Counted from the whole stretch's first letter, positions 12,879-24,511 are shown. The stretch: 63,683 nucleotides of DNA, filler included, from Octopus bimaculoides (GCF_001194135.2; 4 parts of 4 records of this genome joined end to end with filler, not necessarily neighbours in it), one strand, 5' to 3'. The notes: generated by a model not told the origin, from the sequence alone. Program-made: numbers and translations.

Positions 12879-13006
12879 GACTACGCACGTTTCGTGGCTA
12901 TATTTTCAAATAGATAACTAATAAAATCAATTCGATTAATAATTCGATTAATAATCAAATCGATCTATAATTAAATCCGTTCAAAAATATGGTCACTCGT
13001 CAGGTC
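12879..13006 (-). ncRNA. Type I hammerhead ribozyme motif with long stem II
   Basis: Minus strand: GAC-CTGACGA-GTGACCATATTTTTGAA...TTTGAAAATATAGCCAC-GAAA-CGTGCG-TA-GTC. All core nucleotides canonical, G10.1-C11.1 pair, 17-bp stem II with 2 mismatches, stem I 3 bp. Confidence 0.75.
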
Positions 13007-13014
13007 TAAAATAA

Positions 13015-13058
<44 letters not shown>

Positions 13059-13890
13059 NNNNNNNNNNNNNNNNNNNNNNNNNNNNNNNNNNNNNNNNNN
13101 NNNNNNNNNNNNNNNNNNNNNNNNNNNNNNNNNNNNNNNNNNNNNNNNNNNNNNNNNNNNNNNNNNNNNNNNNNNNNNNNNNNNNNNNNNNNNNNNNNNN
13201 NNNNNNNNNNNNNNNNNNNNNNNNNNNNNNNNNNNNNNNNNNNNNNNNNNNNNNNNNNNNNNNNNNNNNNNNNNNNNNNNNNNNNNNNNNNNNNNNNNNN
13301 NNNNNNNNNNNNNNNNNNNNNNNNNNNNNNNNNNNNNNNNNNNNNNNNNNNNNNNNNNNNNNNNNNNNNNNNNNNNNNNNNNNNNNNNNNNNNNNNNNNN
13401 NNNNNNNNNNNNNNNNNNNNNNNNNNNNNNNNNNNNNNNNNNNNNNNNNNNNNNNNNNNNNNNNNNNNNNNNNNNNNNNNNNNNNNNNNNNNNNNNNNNN
13501 NNNNNNNNNNNNNNNNNNNNNNNNNNNNNNNNNNNNNNNNNNNNNNNNNNNNNNNNNNNNNNNNNNNNNNNNNNNNNNNNNNNNNNNNNNNNNNNNNNNN
13601 NNNNNNNNAAGAAGCATTTGTTAAAGTTTTACACTGAGGAAGAAGATGAGAATTTTTCTTTTCTTTTTCTTTATTTTCTTTATTTTTCTTTTCTTTTTCT
13701 TTATTTTCTTTCTTTTTCTTTATTTTCTTTCTTTATCTTTTCTTTTCTTTTTTTTGTCTGAAACGATATATGTATGGAAACGATATAATTGTTTATGAAC
13801 ATAGTACAATCTTTTTTATGAACACAATGCAATTTTTTTCATAAACACCACATAGTTCTATATGGACATTATATACTGTAAGAACATGGA

Positions 13891-14726
13891 AAAAGTTCCA
13901 TTAACAAAGATAAATATAATGTTTAACTCCACTCACGTATATGAGAGAAATGGAGCATCAGAAATTCAGTGAATCGTAGCAAGGTATGGAAGGTTTTCGG
14001 TGGACCGGAGAGATTATGTCTGGGTGGAGAATTATACGAGGTATAGTACTATACAGAATACCGAAAGGATCTTCACCTCTTACATCACACCTTTCTTCCT
14101 ACTTCAACGCCGAGGTGGTATAATTTCCTGGGAGAGAAATAATTTTGCGGCTGAGGATAGCTTTACATTGTAAATTATACACATATTATATTATACACAT
14201 ATAAAGCTTGAAACACGTGTACCGCGGAATCCTTTGTAGTTTTGTTGTTATTTTTTGGATTTACAATATATTCTTTCACCGCAATCACTAGCTGGAATAC
14301 ACAGGTGCTTACAATTGTCAAGTATTACCTCTAAATTTCAATTTACCTATATATNNNNNNNNNNNNNNNNNNNNNNNNNNNNNNNNNNNNNNNNNNNNNN
14401 NNNNNNNNNNNNNNNNNNNNNNNNNNNNNNNNNNNNNNNNNNNNNNNNNNNNNNNNNNNNNNNNNNNNNNNNNNNNNNNNNNNNNNNNNTATATATATAT
14501 ATGTATGTATATATACATACATACATACATATAGATATACATCTTATTTCTACTGGAGCTGTAGATATTGTGTAGCAAATTACTCCAGTTTTTAGTGAAT
14601 ATTTCCGTTTTCTGTACTGACAATTAACTATAGCTATCTCATGACATAAGAATTTCTGATGCTCCATTTCTCTCATATACGTGAGTGGAGTTAAATATTA
14701 TATTTATCTTTGTTAATGGAACTTTT
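13891..14726. repeat. 77-bp inverted repeat arms (13891-13967 and 14650-14726); further family copy at about 16430-16680
   Basis: AAAAGTTCCATTAACAAAG...GGAGCATCAGAAATTC versus GAATTTCTGATGCTCC...CTTTGTTAATGGAACTTTT. Confidence 0.85.
14142..14230 (+). ncRNA. Type I hammerhead ribozyme motif
   Basis: ATTTTGCGG-CTGAGGA-T-AGCTTTA(36 nt)TAAAGCT-T-GAAA-CACGTGT-A-CCGCGGAAT. Stem I 9 bp (2 G.U), stem II 7 bp, palindromic stem III ACACGTGT, GUA cleavage triplet. Non-canonical U.U at 10.1/11.1. Confidence 0.75.
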
Positions 14727-15000
14727 TTTACAATTTATATATATATATGTGTAGAGGGATGTAGGTAACTAAGTATATACATATATATCTATATATATAT
14801 GTTATATTATTATAGTCGTCAGCTAAAACAATTCTAGGAGAGTTATCAATGAGTACGATTTATTTAGTTATGTTTTATGTGTACCACTGTAGTTTACTAT
14901 AATATGCGTTACATATACTATAGCTCACTAACATTCCTAACACAGACAGCGAATCACTTTTTTTTTCTTTTTGGTATTAGCCGACATATTCAGTAGATGT

Positions 15001-15392
15001 GTGGAGGCGCAATGGCCCAGTGGTTAGGGCAGTGGACTCGCGGTCATAGGATCGCGGTTTCGATTCCCAGACCGGGCGTTATGAGTGTTTATTGAGCGAA
15101 AACACCTAAATCTCCACGAGGCTCCGACAGGGGATACTGACGAACTCTGCTGTATTCTTTCACCACAACTTTCTCTCACTCTTACTTCCTGTTTCTGTTG
15201 TGCCTGTAATTCAAAGGGCCAGCCTTGTCACACTGTGTCACGCTGAATATCCCTGAGAACTACGTTAAGGGTACACGTGTCTGTGGAGTGCTCAGCCACT
15301 TGCACGTTAATTTCACGAGCAGGCTGTTCCGTTGATCGGAACAACTGGAACCCTCGACGTCGTAAGCGACGGAGTGCCAGCCACAACAACAA
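15001..15392 (+). mobile_element. tRNA-derived SINE, family A, full length with 13-bp TSD
   Basis: ATTCAGTAGATGT at 14988-15000 and 15393-15405; (CAA) tail. Confidence 0.92.
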
Positions 15393-17290
15393 ATTCAGTA
15401 GATGTAAGCCTAACACTTTTGAGATGATATTCTTAATCCTGACTCATATGCCAGGTCACATTACATTTTACAAGTTAATGAGGATCCAGCCGTTAACTTT
15501 ACTATTGATAGTGAGCAATGATGAATGTGGATTGGCCAGTGTTGATGGTACAATATCTCATACGCTGTGAACTGTTACCTTTTATGGAAACAGAACAGGA
15601 TATCGAAAATGGTACGTGAGTGTTTTTTGAAACGTAGATTCCTGTTTCTTACCGGCTTTACTTAGTCTGTTTTAATATCAACAGTCGGTCATTGTGCAGC
15701 TTGCCTGTATAAGGTTTATTTTACAAGTCTTATATTACATCCTCTTTCCAATGGAGCTGAAGATATTGTGTAGTAAATTAATCCAACTTTTAGTGAATAT
15801 TTCTGTATTCTTTACTGACAATTAATTGCAGCTATAAGGTGGCGAGCTGGCAGAAACGTTAGCACGCCGNNNNNNNNNNNNNNNNNNNNNNNNNNNNNNN
15901 NNNNNNNNNNNNNNNNNNNNNNNNNNNNNNNNNNNNNNNNNNNNNNNNNNNNNNNNNNNNNNNNNNNNNNNNNNNNNNNNNNNNNNNNNNNNNNNNNNNN
16001 NNNNNNNNNNNNNNNNNNNNNNNNNNNNNNNNNNNNNNNNNNNNNNNNNNNNNNNNNNNNNNNNNNNNNNNNNNNNNNNNNNNNNNNNNNNNNNNNNNNN
16101 NNNNNNNNNNNNNNNNNNNNNNNNNNNNNNNNNNNNNNNNNNNNNNNNNNNNNNNNNNNNNNNNNNNNNNNNNNNNNNNNNNNNNNNNNNNNNNNNNNNN
16201 NNNNNNNNNNNNNNNNNNNNNNNNNNNNNNNNNNNNNNNNNNNNNNNNNNNNNNNNNNNNNNNNNNNNNNNNNNNNNNNNNNNNNNNNNNNNNNNNNNNN
16301 NNNNNNNNNNNNNNNNNNNNNNNNNNNNNNNNNNNNNNNNNNNNNNNNNNNNNNNNNNNNNNNNNNNNNNNNNNNNNNNNNNNNNNNNNNNNNNNNNNNN
16401 NNNNNNNNNNNNNNNNNNNNAGAGTAGAAAAGAATTAATTGCAGCTATCTCCTGACATAAGAATTTCTGATGCTTCACTTCTCTCATATATGTGAATGGA
16501 ATTAAATATTATATTTATCTTTGTTGATGGAGCTTTTCCTGTGTTCTTACAGTAGATAATGTCCATATAGAATTATGTTGTGTTCATGAAAGAACTGCAC
16601 TGTATTCATAAAACAGTATGCTGTGTTCATAAAGAATATACTGTTTCCATACAGAATGGTATTCTGACAAAAGCAAAAAGAAAATTTTTCATCCTCTTCC
16701 TCCACAATGTAAAACTAACTTTATTTTCATCTGCTGTCATTACATGACAAAACTTCAACAAATGCTTCTTTTAACATGCGATAGCCATACTTAACCGAAA
16801 AACGGGAGATAATTCATTTATATATTTTAAACGAAGTGTGAATGCAGATACAAGAAAGATTCGTATGATCAAAATGAAGACACTACAGTTCTCTTTTCTA
16901 TATTCTCTCGAATCTGCATCAGCAGTTAATTCAAAATATATAGATGTTTGCTACATTCAATTGTATATTAGCTACCGTAAAATATAATTAAATTGTTCAG
17001 TATAATTTAGCTTTATGGCGAGAGACACACCTTTCTCGCTTGCTGCCGTGTAAGATTTTCTTGAATCAGTTTGTCGTCCATAATACACTTTTTTTTTTGT
17101 ACTTATTAACCTACATCACTGATACTCTATCACTCTATCACTGCATTTATTTCTCTTTCTAACAACGTGGTGGGAGACAAACATAATACAAACACTCACA
17201 AACATATACGCACGCACACACACTTTCATACACACACACATACACACACTCGCGTGTGCACACACACACGCACACATGTACGCACCTATA

Positions 17291-17715
17291 TTAGATTGTC
17301 AAGAAAGTTCTTGCGGTTTTTAACCTTTAAATTCAGATGCACATATCTCGGCTCAAACAAAACTTTATTAATTGAAATAAACACCATCGGAATCAACAGA
17401 CTTTTTCCAACGCGAAACAAGTTTATTTATGCCAGTAGCGTAAAAATCCTGCGTTCTGATGGGGATGAAGTCGTTGAAGGCGTGTTTGACATCGTCTTGG
17501 TTTTTGAAGCATTTCTCACGCAGAAAGTTGTCGAGATGCTTGAAAATGCGATAGTCGGTAGGGGAGAGGTCTGGTGAGTATGGCGGATGAGGCATAATTT
17601 CGTAACCCGGTTTGTTCAACTTCTGCAGAGTCAGTTGTGCGACGTGCTGCCGAGGGTTGTCGTGGAGAAGAATCGGTCCTTTTCTATTGACCGATGCTGG
17701 TTGTTGGAGTTTCTT
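17291..17715 (-). mobile_element. Mariner (DD34D) transposon 3' end relic
   Basis: Minus strand reads VNRKGPILLHDNPRQHVAQLTLQKLNKPGYEIMPHPPYSPDLSPTDYRIFKHLDNFL...GINKLVSRWKKSVDSDGVYFN*. 34 residues between the two Asp, YSPDL motif, TA then TIR-like TTAGATTGTCAAGAAAGTTCTTGCGGTTTT at 17289-17320; truncated by a gap. Confidence 0.9.
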
Positions 17716-17815
17716 NNNNNNNNNNNNNNNNNNNNNNNNNNNNNNNNNNNNNNNNNNNNTTAATTAATTAANNNNNNNNNNNNNNNNNNNNNNNNNNNNN
17801 NNNNNNNNNNNNNNN
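17716..17815. other. Assembly scaffold-join spacer (N44-TTAATTAATTAA-N44); same pattern at 35176-35275 and 60560-60659
   Basis: The same 100-nt pattern occurs three times. Confidence 0.85.
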
Positions 17816-17854
<39 letters not shown>

Positions 17855-18322
17855 TAGATAGATAGATAGATAGATAGATGAGTAGACCGGCTTAGAGGTA
17901 GATAGATAGACAGGCAGATAGATACACTATTATAGGCCCGGTTAGCTGGTTAGATCGAGGGAGTGAATAGGCGACAGACAAAGAGTGAGGGTGAGGGACT
18001 GAAAGAGAGAGAGAGAGACCGAGTAAGAGGGAGGGAGGGAGAGAAAGAGGGAGGAGGCGGAGATTAAACAAGATGTTTCGAGGGAACCTCCATTTAGTAT
18101 GAAGTGAAATGAAAAGGAAAAAAGAAGGAAATAGAGTAGAGATAAGAAGACGCTAAGCAGAGAATTAAAAGAAGAAAAGAAGAAGAAAGAAGCGAAAGAA
18201 AAGGGAGAGAGAGAAAGATAGATTAAGAGAGAAGGGTATTTTATTATTTATTTTTTTCTTTCGTTTTTCGATGTGTTTGTGTGTGTCTTTGTCGTTTCAA
18301 AACAGCATCGCTCACCTTTTAT

Positions 18323-18550
18323 ATGAAGGAGAAAGGGTCAGAAGCAACTTTGGAGTTCGCTCTACATCGGTTGCCTTGGTACCTAGGTAGCGGCGGCAGT
18401 AGGGGCATCAGTGGAAATACCTGTAGTATCGGCACCACTAGTGGTGGTGGTGGTGGTGGTTGCACTAGCGGTGGTGGTGGTGGTAGTAGTAGTAGTAGTA
18501 GCAGCAGTGTTAGCAGTATTAGTAGTGTTAGTAGTAGCACTAGCAGCAAC

Positions 18551-18581
<31 letters not shown>

Positions 18582-19118
18582 ATAGAAGTAGTGGTGGTAG
18601 AAGTAGTAGTAGTAGTAATAGCAGTAACGGTAGCTGTAGTAGTTGTAATAACAGTAGTAGCTGTGTTAGTGGTTGCTGTGGTAGTGGGTGTGGTGGTGGC
18701 GGCGGCGGCGGCGNNNNNNNNNNNNNNNNNNNNNNNNNNNNNNNNNNNNNNNNNNNNNNNNNNNNNNNNNNNNNNNNNNNNNNNNNNNNNNNNNNNNNNN
18801 NNNNNNNNNNNNNNNNNNNNNNNNNNNNNNNNNNNNNNNNNNNNGGTGGAGTTGGTGGTGGCGGCGGCGGCGGTGGCGGTGGCGGTGGTGTCAAGTCAAG
18901 TGCAACTTACCATCAACAGCAGCAGCAGCAGCAACAACAACAACAGCATAATCATCGCAATCATCACCGTCATCATAATCATCATCACCAGCATCTTCAA
19001 CAACATCATCGTCATCATCATCAACAACAACAACAACATCACCCTCAGCCTTCTCAGCAGCAGCATCAACGACACCAACACGATCATCCATACCCTACTC
19101 GTCAACAACCGCAACCTC

Positions 19119-19153
<35 letters not shown>

Positions 19154-19351
19154 GCAAAACTTCAACAGCACTACAGATACCATCAAAGTCATAACCTACA
19201 TCAACAAAGCCGCCAGCATCATCATCATCATCATCATCAACAGCAGCATCAACAACCGCAGCATCATCTTCTGCATCAGACCGATACCATCGGGAGAAAA
19301 CTTAAAACTCATCTTGACAACAACAACAACAGCAACTCCACTGGTTTTATC
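18323..19351 (+). CDS. Possible low-complexity N-terminal extension of Gsc (Ser/Gly tracts, gap, then Gln/His tracts), or 5'UTR
   Basis: Stop-free and in frame with MMQY from 18845 on, with mixed CAA/CAG/CAT/CAC codons. ATG at 18323 is in frame only if the N-gap length (18714-18844) is correct. Confidence 0.4.
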
Positions 19352-19688
19352 ATGATGCAGTATATGCCGTTCTGTTGCGGTCCCGGCATTAACAGTCCGT
19401 CTGCCGGCATCAGCAGTTCAAATTCCGGCTCTGCCCATTCTACAGACGCCTACCAATACAGACAAGCTGCCGCTGCGGCGGCGGCTGCAGCGGCCGCCGC
19501 CGCAGCAGCGTCTGCTGGAACGACAGCAGCGGCGGCGCACGCCATATCCGTCCCGGGTGCCAATGTCGGTTCACCCGCAGCGAACTTCACCATTGACAAT
19601 ATACTGGCCCCTAGGCCTGTCTTCCCAACTCGACATCCTCATTACTTTATTCCGCCACATGTGTTTCACTTCCACCAGGATTGTATGC
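19352..19688 (+). CDS. gsc: Goosecoid, exon 1 (core coding part; contains eh1 repressor motif). True start may lie upstream.
   Basis: MMQYMPFCCGPG...poly-Ala...ANFTIDNILAPRP...QDCM. FTIDNIL (19586-19606) matches the eh1/GEH motif of Gsc (FSIDNIL). Donor C|GTAAGT at 19689 (phase 1) joins in frame to exon 2. Confidence 0.88.
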
Positions 19689-19702
19689 GTAAGTAGTTGC
19701 AC

Positions 19703-19704
<2 letters not shown>

Positions 19705-19733
<29 letters not shown>

Positions 19734-19739
19734 CTTCTT

Positions 19740-19768
<29 letters not shown>
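19705..19768. repeat. (CTT)n tract 16 nt inside gsc intron 1
   Basis: Direct reading. Confidence 0.95.
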
Positions 19769-19772
<4 letters not shown>

Positions 19773-19987
19773 GACTTTGTCGTTGTTGTTATTGCTGTGT
19801 TATAATTTTTATTTTCATCGCAGTTATTATAATCGTCTTCACTATAATAACCGTCATCCTCCCACTTTTTTTCTCTCACTTCTCCCCCTCCTCCCCTTTC
19901 TCTTTTTTAATATAGTTTTGTAGAATTTAACACGTTCTAGATCTAACTCATGTTCTCGTAGTTGAAATTGTGCTATTGTTGCTGTTG

Positions 19988-20009
<22 letters not shown>

Positions 20010-20019
<10 letters not shown>

Positions 20020-20390
20020 GTTCAGTAGTTTTATTTTTATAACGTGCTTTCACTTCACTACCGAGCGCAGCTCTGTGCGCCTTGGGTATGTGCTGTGGTT
20101 TGCTGTGGTGCTCTTATGTTTACTGTATTGAAAGTGTTTTGCGTAGAATGTGTGCAGTACCCAGTAGTGCAATTTTCTGTATGTTATATATATTTGTAAG
20201 TCCTGGTGTTTTTGTTATATATTTGTCTGAATATTTTTTTTATCATACCTAAGGCACCTACTATGATAGGAATTGTTTCTGTTTTTAGATTCCACATTCG
20301 AGTTATCTCTATTTCCAGGTCTTTGTATTTTGAAAGTTTTTCCATTTCTTTTAGAGAAACGTTGTCATCTGCTGGTATTGATACATCAAT
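20010..20390 (-). mobile_element. R4/Dong-type (restriction-like endonuclease) LINE 3' fragment in gsc intron 1
   Basis: Minus strand: IDVSIPADDNVSLKEMEKLSKYKDLEIEITRMWNLKTETIPIIVGALGMIKK, frameshift, then YNIQKIALLGTAHILRKTLSIQ*, followed by an (AAT)n tail. Confidence 0.8.
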
Positions 20391-20660
20391 TATTATTATT
20401 ATTATTATTATTATTATGATTATTGTTGTTGTTGATGTTATTATTATTATTATTATTGTTGTTGTTGTTATTATTATTATTTGTTAAGGCGGCGAGCTGG
20501 CAGAATCGTTAGCACGTCGGGCAAAATGTTTAGCGGTATTTCGTCCGTCTTTAAGCTCTGAGTCCAAATCCTTTCGCAATCGATAAAATAAGTACCAGCT
20601 GAGCAGTCCGAACTTGCTGGCCTTGTGCCAAAATTTGAGACCATTATCCATTATTATTAC

Positions 20661-20703
<43 letters not shown>

Positions 20704-20842
20704 GTTGTTGTTGTTGTTGTTGTTGTTGTTATTGTTATTATTATTATTATTCTTATTATTATTGTCATAATTATTATTGTTGTTGTTATTATTATTATTG
20801 TTATAATTATTATTGTTGTTATTATTATTGTTATTATTATTG
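20386..20842. repeat. (ATT)n/(GTT)n tracts flanking a family C SINE
   Basis: Direct reading. Confidence 0.9.
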
Positions 20843-21049
20843 TGGCCTCGAACTGGCAGAATCTTTTGCACGCCGAATAGACTGCTTAACAACTTTTCTT
20901 CCAACTTTATGTCCTAAGTTTAAATTCAGTCGAGGTTGACTTTGCCCATCATCTTTTCGGGATGGATAAAACAAGTACCAGTTGAGTACCAGAGTCGATA
21001 TAATCGACTAACCCCCCACCTCTTACAATTTCAGAACTTGTGCCTTTGG

Positions 21050-21330
21050 CTGGTTAGTTCCAGAGTCATTCGATCAAGTGACGAAGGATGATTTTTCACA
21101 ATTTCTGTGCAGGGCGATATTATATCAAATGCATCATTGCCTGACTGAAACAAACTTGACTGATACGGAAGTGCCGTCAACGGGGCCTGTCTGAGATGTG
21201 GATAGATCGATGAAGCGTTTCTGCACGTTTTCACTCAGCCTCCAAGCATTGTTGATTCGTGGAATTATGTTTAAGAGCGGTTGTCGATATCGGTTGAGTC
21301 TTTCTTTGGTCAGAGAAGCCAAGCAGTTTT
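21050..21330 (+). mobile_element. Degenerate L1/Tx1-type ORF2 C-terminal (Cys-rich) fragment in gsc intron 1
   Basis: Reads SLPD*NKLD*YGSAVNGACLRCG*IDEAFLHVF..P, like ALPVRDKL..G....CPRC...ET..H....C of L1/Tx1 ORF2. Confidence 0.5.
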
Positions 21331-21805
21331 CCGGTCTAGTGTGTGCTGACACGACTGAAAAGAAAAGAAAAAAGACACAAAAAGAAACTGGAGATGGTTT
21401 CCTCTCAGGTCAAGCCCTCACTAACTTCCCAAGTTATGTTAGGAAAGAAAAGTGACGGTGCAGATTTACTAGGGTGGTGCTACCCTAGCAAATATGTAGG
21501 CGGCGAGTTGGCGGAGTCTTTAGCGCATCAAGGAGTAATGCTTTGTTTTAATCATTTCGGCTCTCTGCTCTCTGATTTCAAATTCTCTGAGTTCAGCTTT
21601 ATTTATCAATCTTTCGGAGTTGATAATAAAGCACCGTTCCTAGTACCTAGGATCGGTTCTTTAGTCTTCGTTTCTCCTTTCTTCCTTGAAAGAAATATTA
21701 AGAGTATTTACAGTTGCAGGCCATTTAATGTCTGTATTTATGCATTTTGTATGTGAATATCTGAGCTCACATTTATAGTGTGCTACAGCGCTAAGTAAAT
21801 TTCGG

Positions 21806-21866
<61 letters not shown>

Positions 21867-23044
21867 NNNNNNNNNNNNNNNNNNNNNNNNNNNNNNNNNN
21901 NNNNNNNNNNNNNNNNNNNNNNNNNNNNNNNNNNNNNNNNNNNNNNNNNNNNNNNNNNNNNNNNNNNNNNNNNNNNNNNNNNNNNNNNNNNNNNNNNNNN
22001 NNNNNNNNNNNNNNNNNNNNNNNNNNNNNNNNNNNNNNNNNNNNNNNNNNNNNNNNNNNNNNNNNNNNNNNNNNNNNNNNNNNNNNNNNNNNNNNNNNNN
22101 NNNNNNNNNNNNNNNNNNNNNNNNNNNNNNNNNNNNNNNNNNNNNNNNNNNNNNNNNNNNNNNNNNNNNNNNNNNNNNNNNNNNNNNNNNNNNNNNNNNN
22201 NNNNNNNNNNNNNNNNNNNNNNNNNNNNNNNNNNNNNNNNNNNNNNNNNNNNNNNNNNNNNNNNNNNNNNNNNNNNNNNNNNNNNNNNNNNNNNNNNNNN
22301 NNNNNNNNNNNNNNNNNNNNNNNNNNNNNNNNNNNNNNNNNNNNNNNNNNNNNNNNNNNNNNNNNNNNNNNNNNNNNNNNNNNNNNNNNNNNNNNNNNNN
22401 NNNNNNNNNNNNNNNNNNNNNNNNNNNNNNNNNNNNNNNNNNNNNNNNNNNNNNNNNNNNNNNNNNNNNNNNNNNNNNNNNNNNNNNNNNNNNNNNNNNN
22501 NNNNNNNNNNNNNNNNNNNNNNNNNNNNNNNNNNNNNNNNNNNNNNNNNNNNNNNNNNNNNNNNNNNNNNNNTCATTTTACATTCTAATTTGAGCAGCAT
22601 ATCTACACAAATGTGCCATACCGACTTTGTTACCTCATACAAAATATATATGAAGAAATTGAATTTAAAATTTAAAAAAAAAATTCACATTAAATTTTAA
22701 TATAATCGTAATCTATACCATCTGAAAGATGAACATTTCGTTAAAAAATATGCATTTTGTCTGAAAGTTATGAGGAAACAAAATCGGGTGGGGGACGTAG
22801 TAATGTAGCAAAACCCTAATTTATTTCAAATACTTAACCAGTATTTTTTTTTTATTCCTCTACGTTAACCACTTCATTTCCTTGATATATTTCATAGCAG
22901 TTTAGTCGTGGATGGAATTTCTTATAATTGCAGAAACATTTTCTATTACTTCTATATAATTTGATCGGGTATATTACTTCTATTACTTCTATATAATTTG
23001 ATCGGGTATAGGCATATCGATTAAGCACTCTTTGCTTTCGCCTT

Positions 23045-23460
23045 TTCTCTTTTATTCGTTTCAGTTATTAGACTGCAGATATGCTGGGGCACCGCCTTGA
23101 AGGGTTCATCGAACAAATCGATCCCAGTACTTTTTTGCATTTTTTTATGTTTCGTTTTAAGTCTGGTGCTTATTCTACCGGTCTTTTTTTTTTTTTTTAC
23201 CGAACTGCTTAATTACAATGGACATAAACCAACTATTCTCGGTAGTTAAGCGTGATAAAGGCAAGCACAAATACACACCCACGCACATATGTATATATAT
23301 TCAATGGGCTGTCACGCAATTTTTGTCAACCAAACTAACTCACGAGGCGTTGGTGACCCGGAGCTTTGATAGAATATACTTGCCTAAGGTACCATGTGGT
23401 GGTACTGAATCTGAAAGCACGTGGTTGCAAAGTGAGCTTCTTAACCGTACAGCCATACTT
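23045..23460 (-). mobile_element. Family B composite SINE, old copy (gsc intron 1)
   Basis: Diverged match to both halves of the 11776-12197 copy. Confidence 0.65.
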
Positions 23461-24431
23461 TCACTTTCATTATGTTTTTTATTTATGACTTTTAGAGTTT
23501 TTCGTAATCCTGTCATAATCTGCCTCCTCTCTAATTACTCATAAATAGGCATCTAGATATAGTCACTATTTTCTTTTTCGAGTGAATTAGGAGGAAGACA
23601 ACATGTAACTTCCTCTATGCAGTCCTAACAGAAGCTACCGTGATGAAACTTTCTGACTGGATTCCCAAGCGTAATATTATCCAACCATCTCGATTTTGGT
23701 CTACCGCTAGGTCTCCTGCAGGTCAAATACAAATACCAGCTTGGTGTGAATAAGACCACCAAAACTTGCAATATAAAAGGGTATGAACGTTCTGACTTCG
23801 TATTTCCGTTCCTCTAAATGTTCATGGTGGTGCACCAGCATGACCGCAGCCACTTGGCTGAAACACATAAATAAATAAATAAAAATATATAACAAATGTT
23901 TTATTTTCGATATTCTTCAAGAATACAAAATATCTAATTTGCTTGAATTTGTCTTCTGTTTCTGGTGATGACAATTATCAGAGCTTTCACGTGTTCTAAG
24001 ATTAGTTGTTCTTTGACACATTTTCTGTTACACAGAATCTCTGGTCAATGTGCAAATCTTTGCTTGAACCCTTCCAGAACCGATGCCGTTGTTTTCTATC
24101 AAACTTTTTGGGTCAAGTTTCGCTTTTGTCTCACTGAAAGATGCCAGAAATAACCTTTGTAAGTGTCAACAGCTGCAGAAAATACATGAGCAATGAGGGG
24201 AATCCCAGAAGGCCGACGGTCTGCGAAGAAAGGGCTGGAGATAGTGCTTAGTAACGGGGTTGTTGGAGAGGATTAATCTATCATACTTTGCCACTCAAAA
24301 GAAGGATATAACAATCCACCAACAAGCCCTACGAGGGCACAGGGCTGTCATAAATAGCAGTCGGATCGCTCTCAAATCTCACCCTTCCGATTTGAAACAC
24401 TCAACAATGACGTGTGTGTGTGTCTTTGTGT

Positions 24432-24511
<80 letters not shown>

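Noticed and set aside
17760-17771. TTAATTAATTAA as a homeodomain-site palindrome or biological motif
   Set aside because: It is centred in identical 100-nt N spacers three times, so it is an assembly linker.
18319-19355. Antisense poly-Pro/Leu ORF and alternative-frame poly-Val/Asn ORF over gsc exon 1
   Set aside because: Shadow frames of triplet repeats; only the eh1-containing frame splices to the homeobox.
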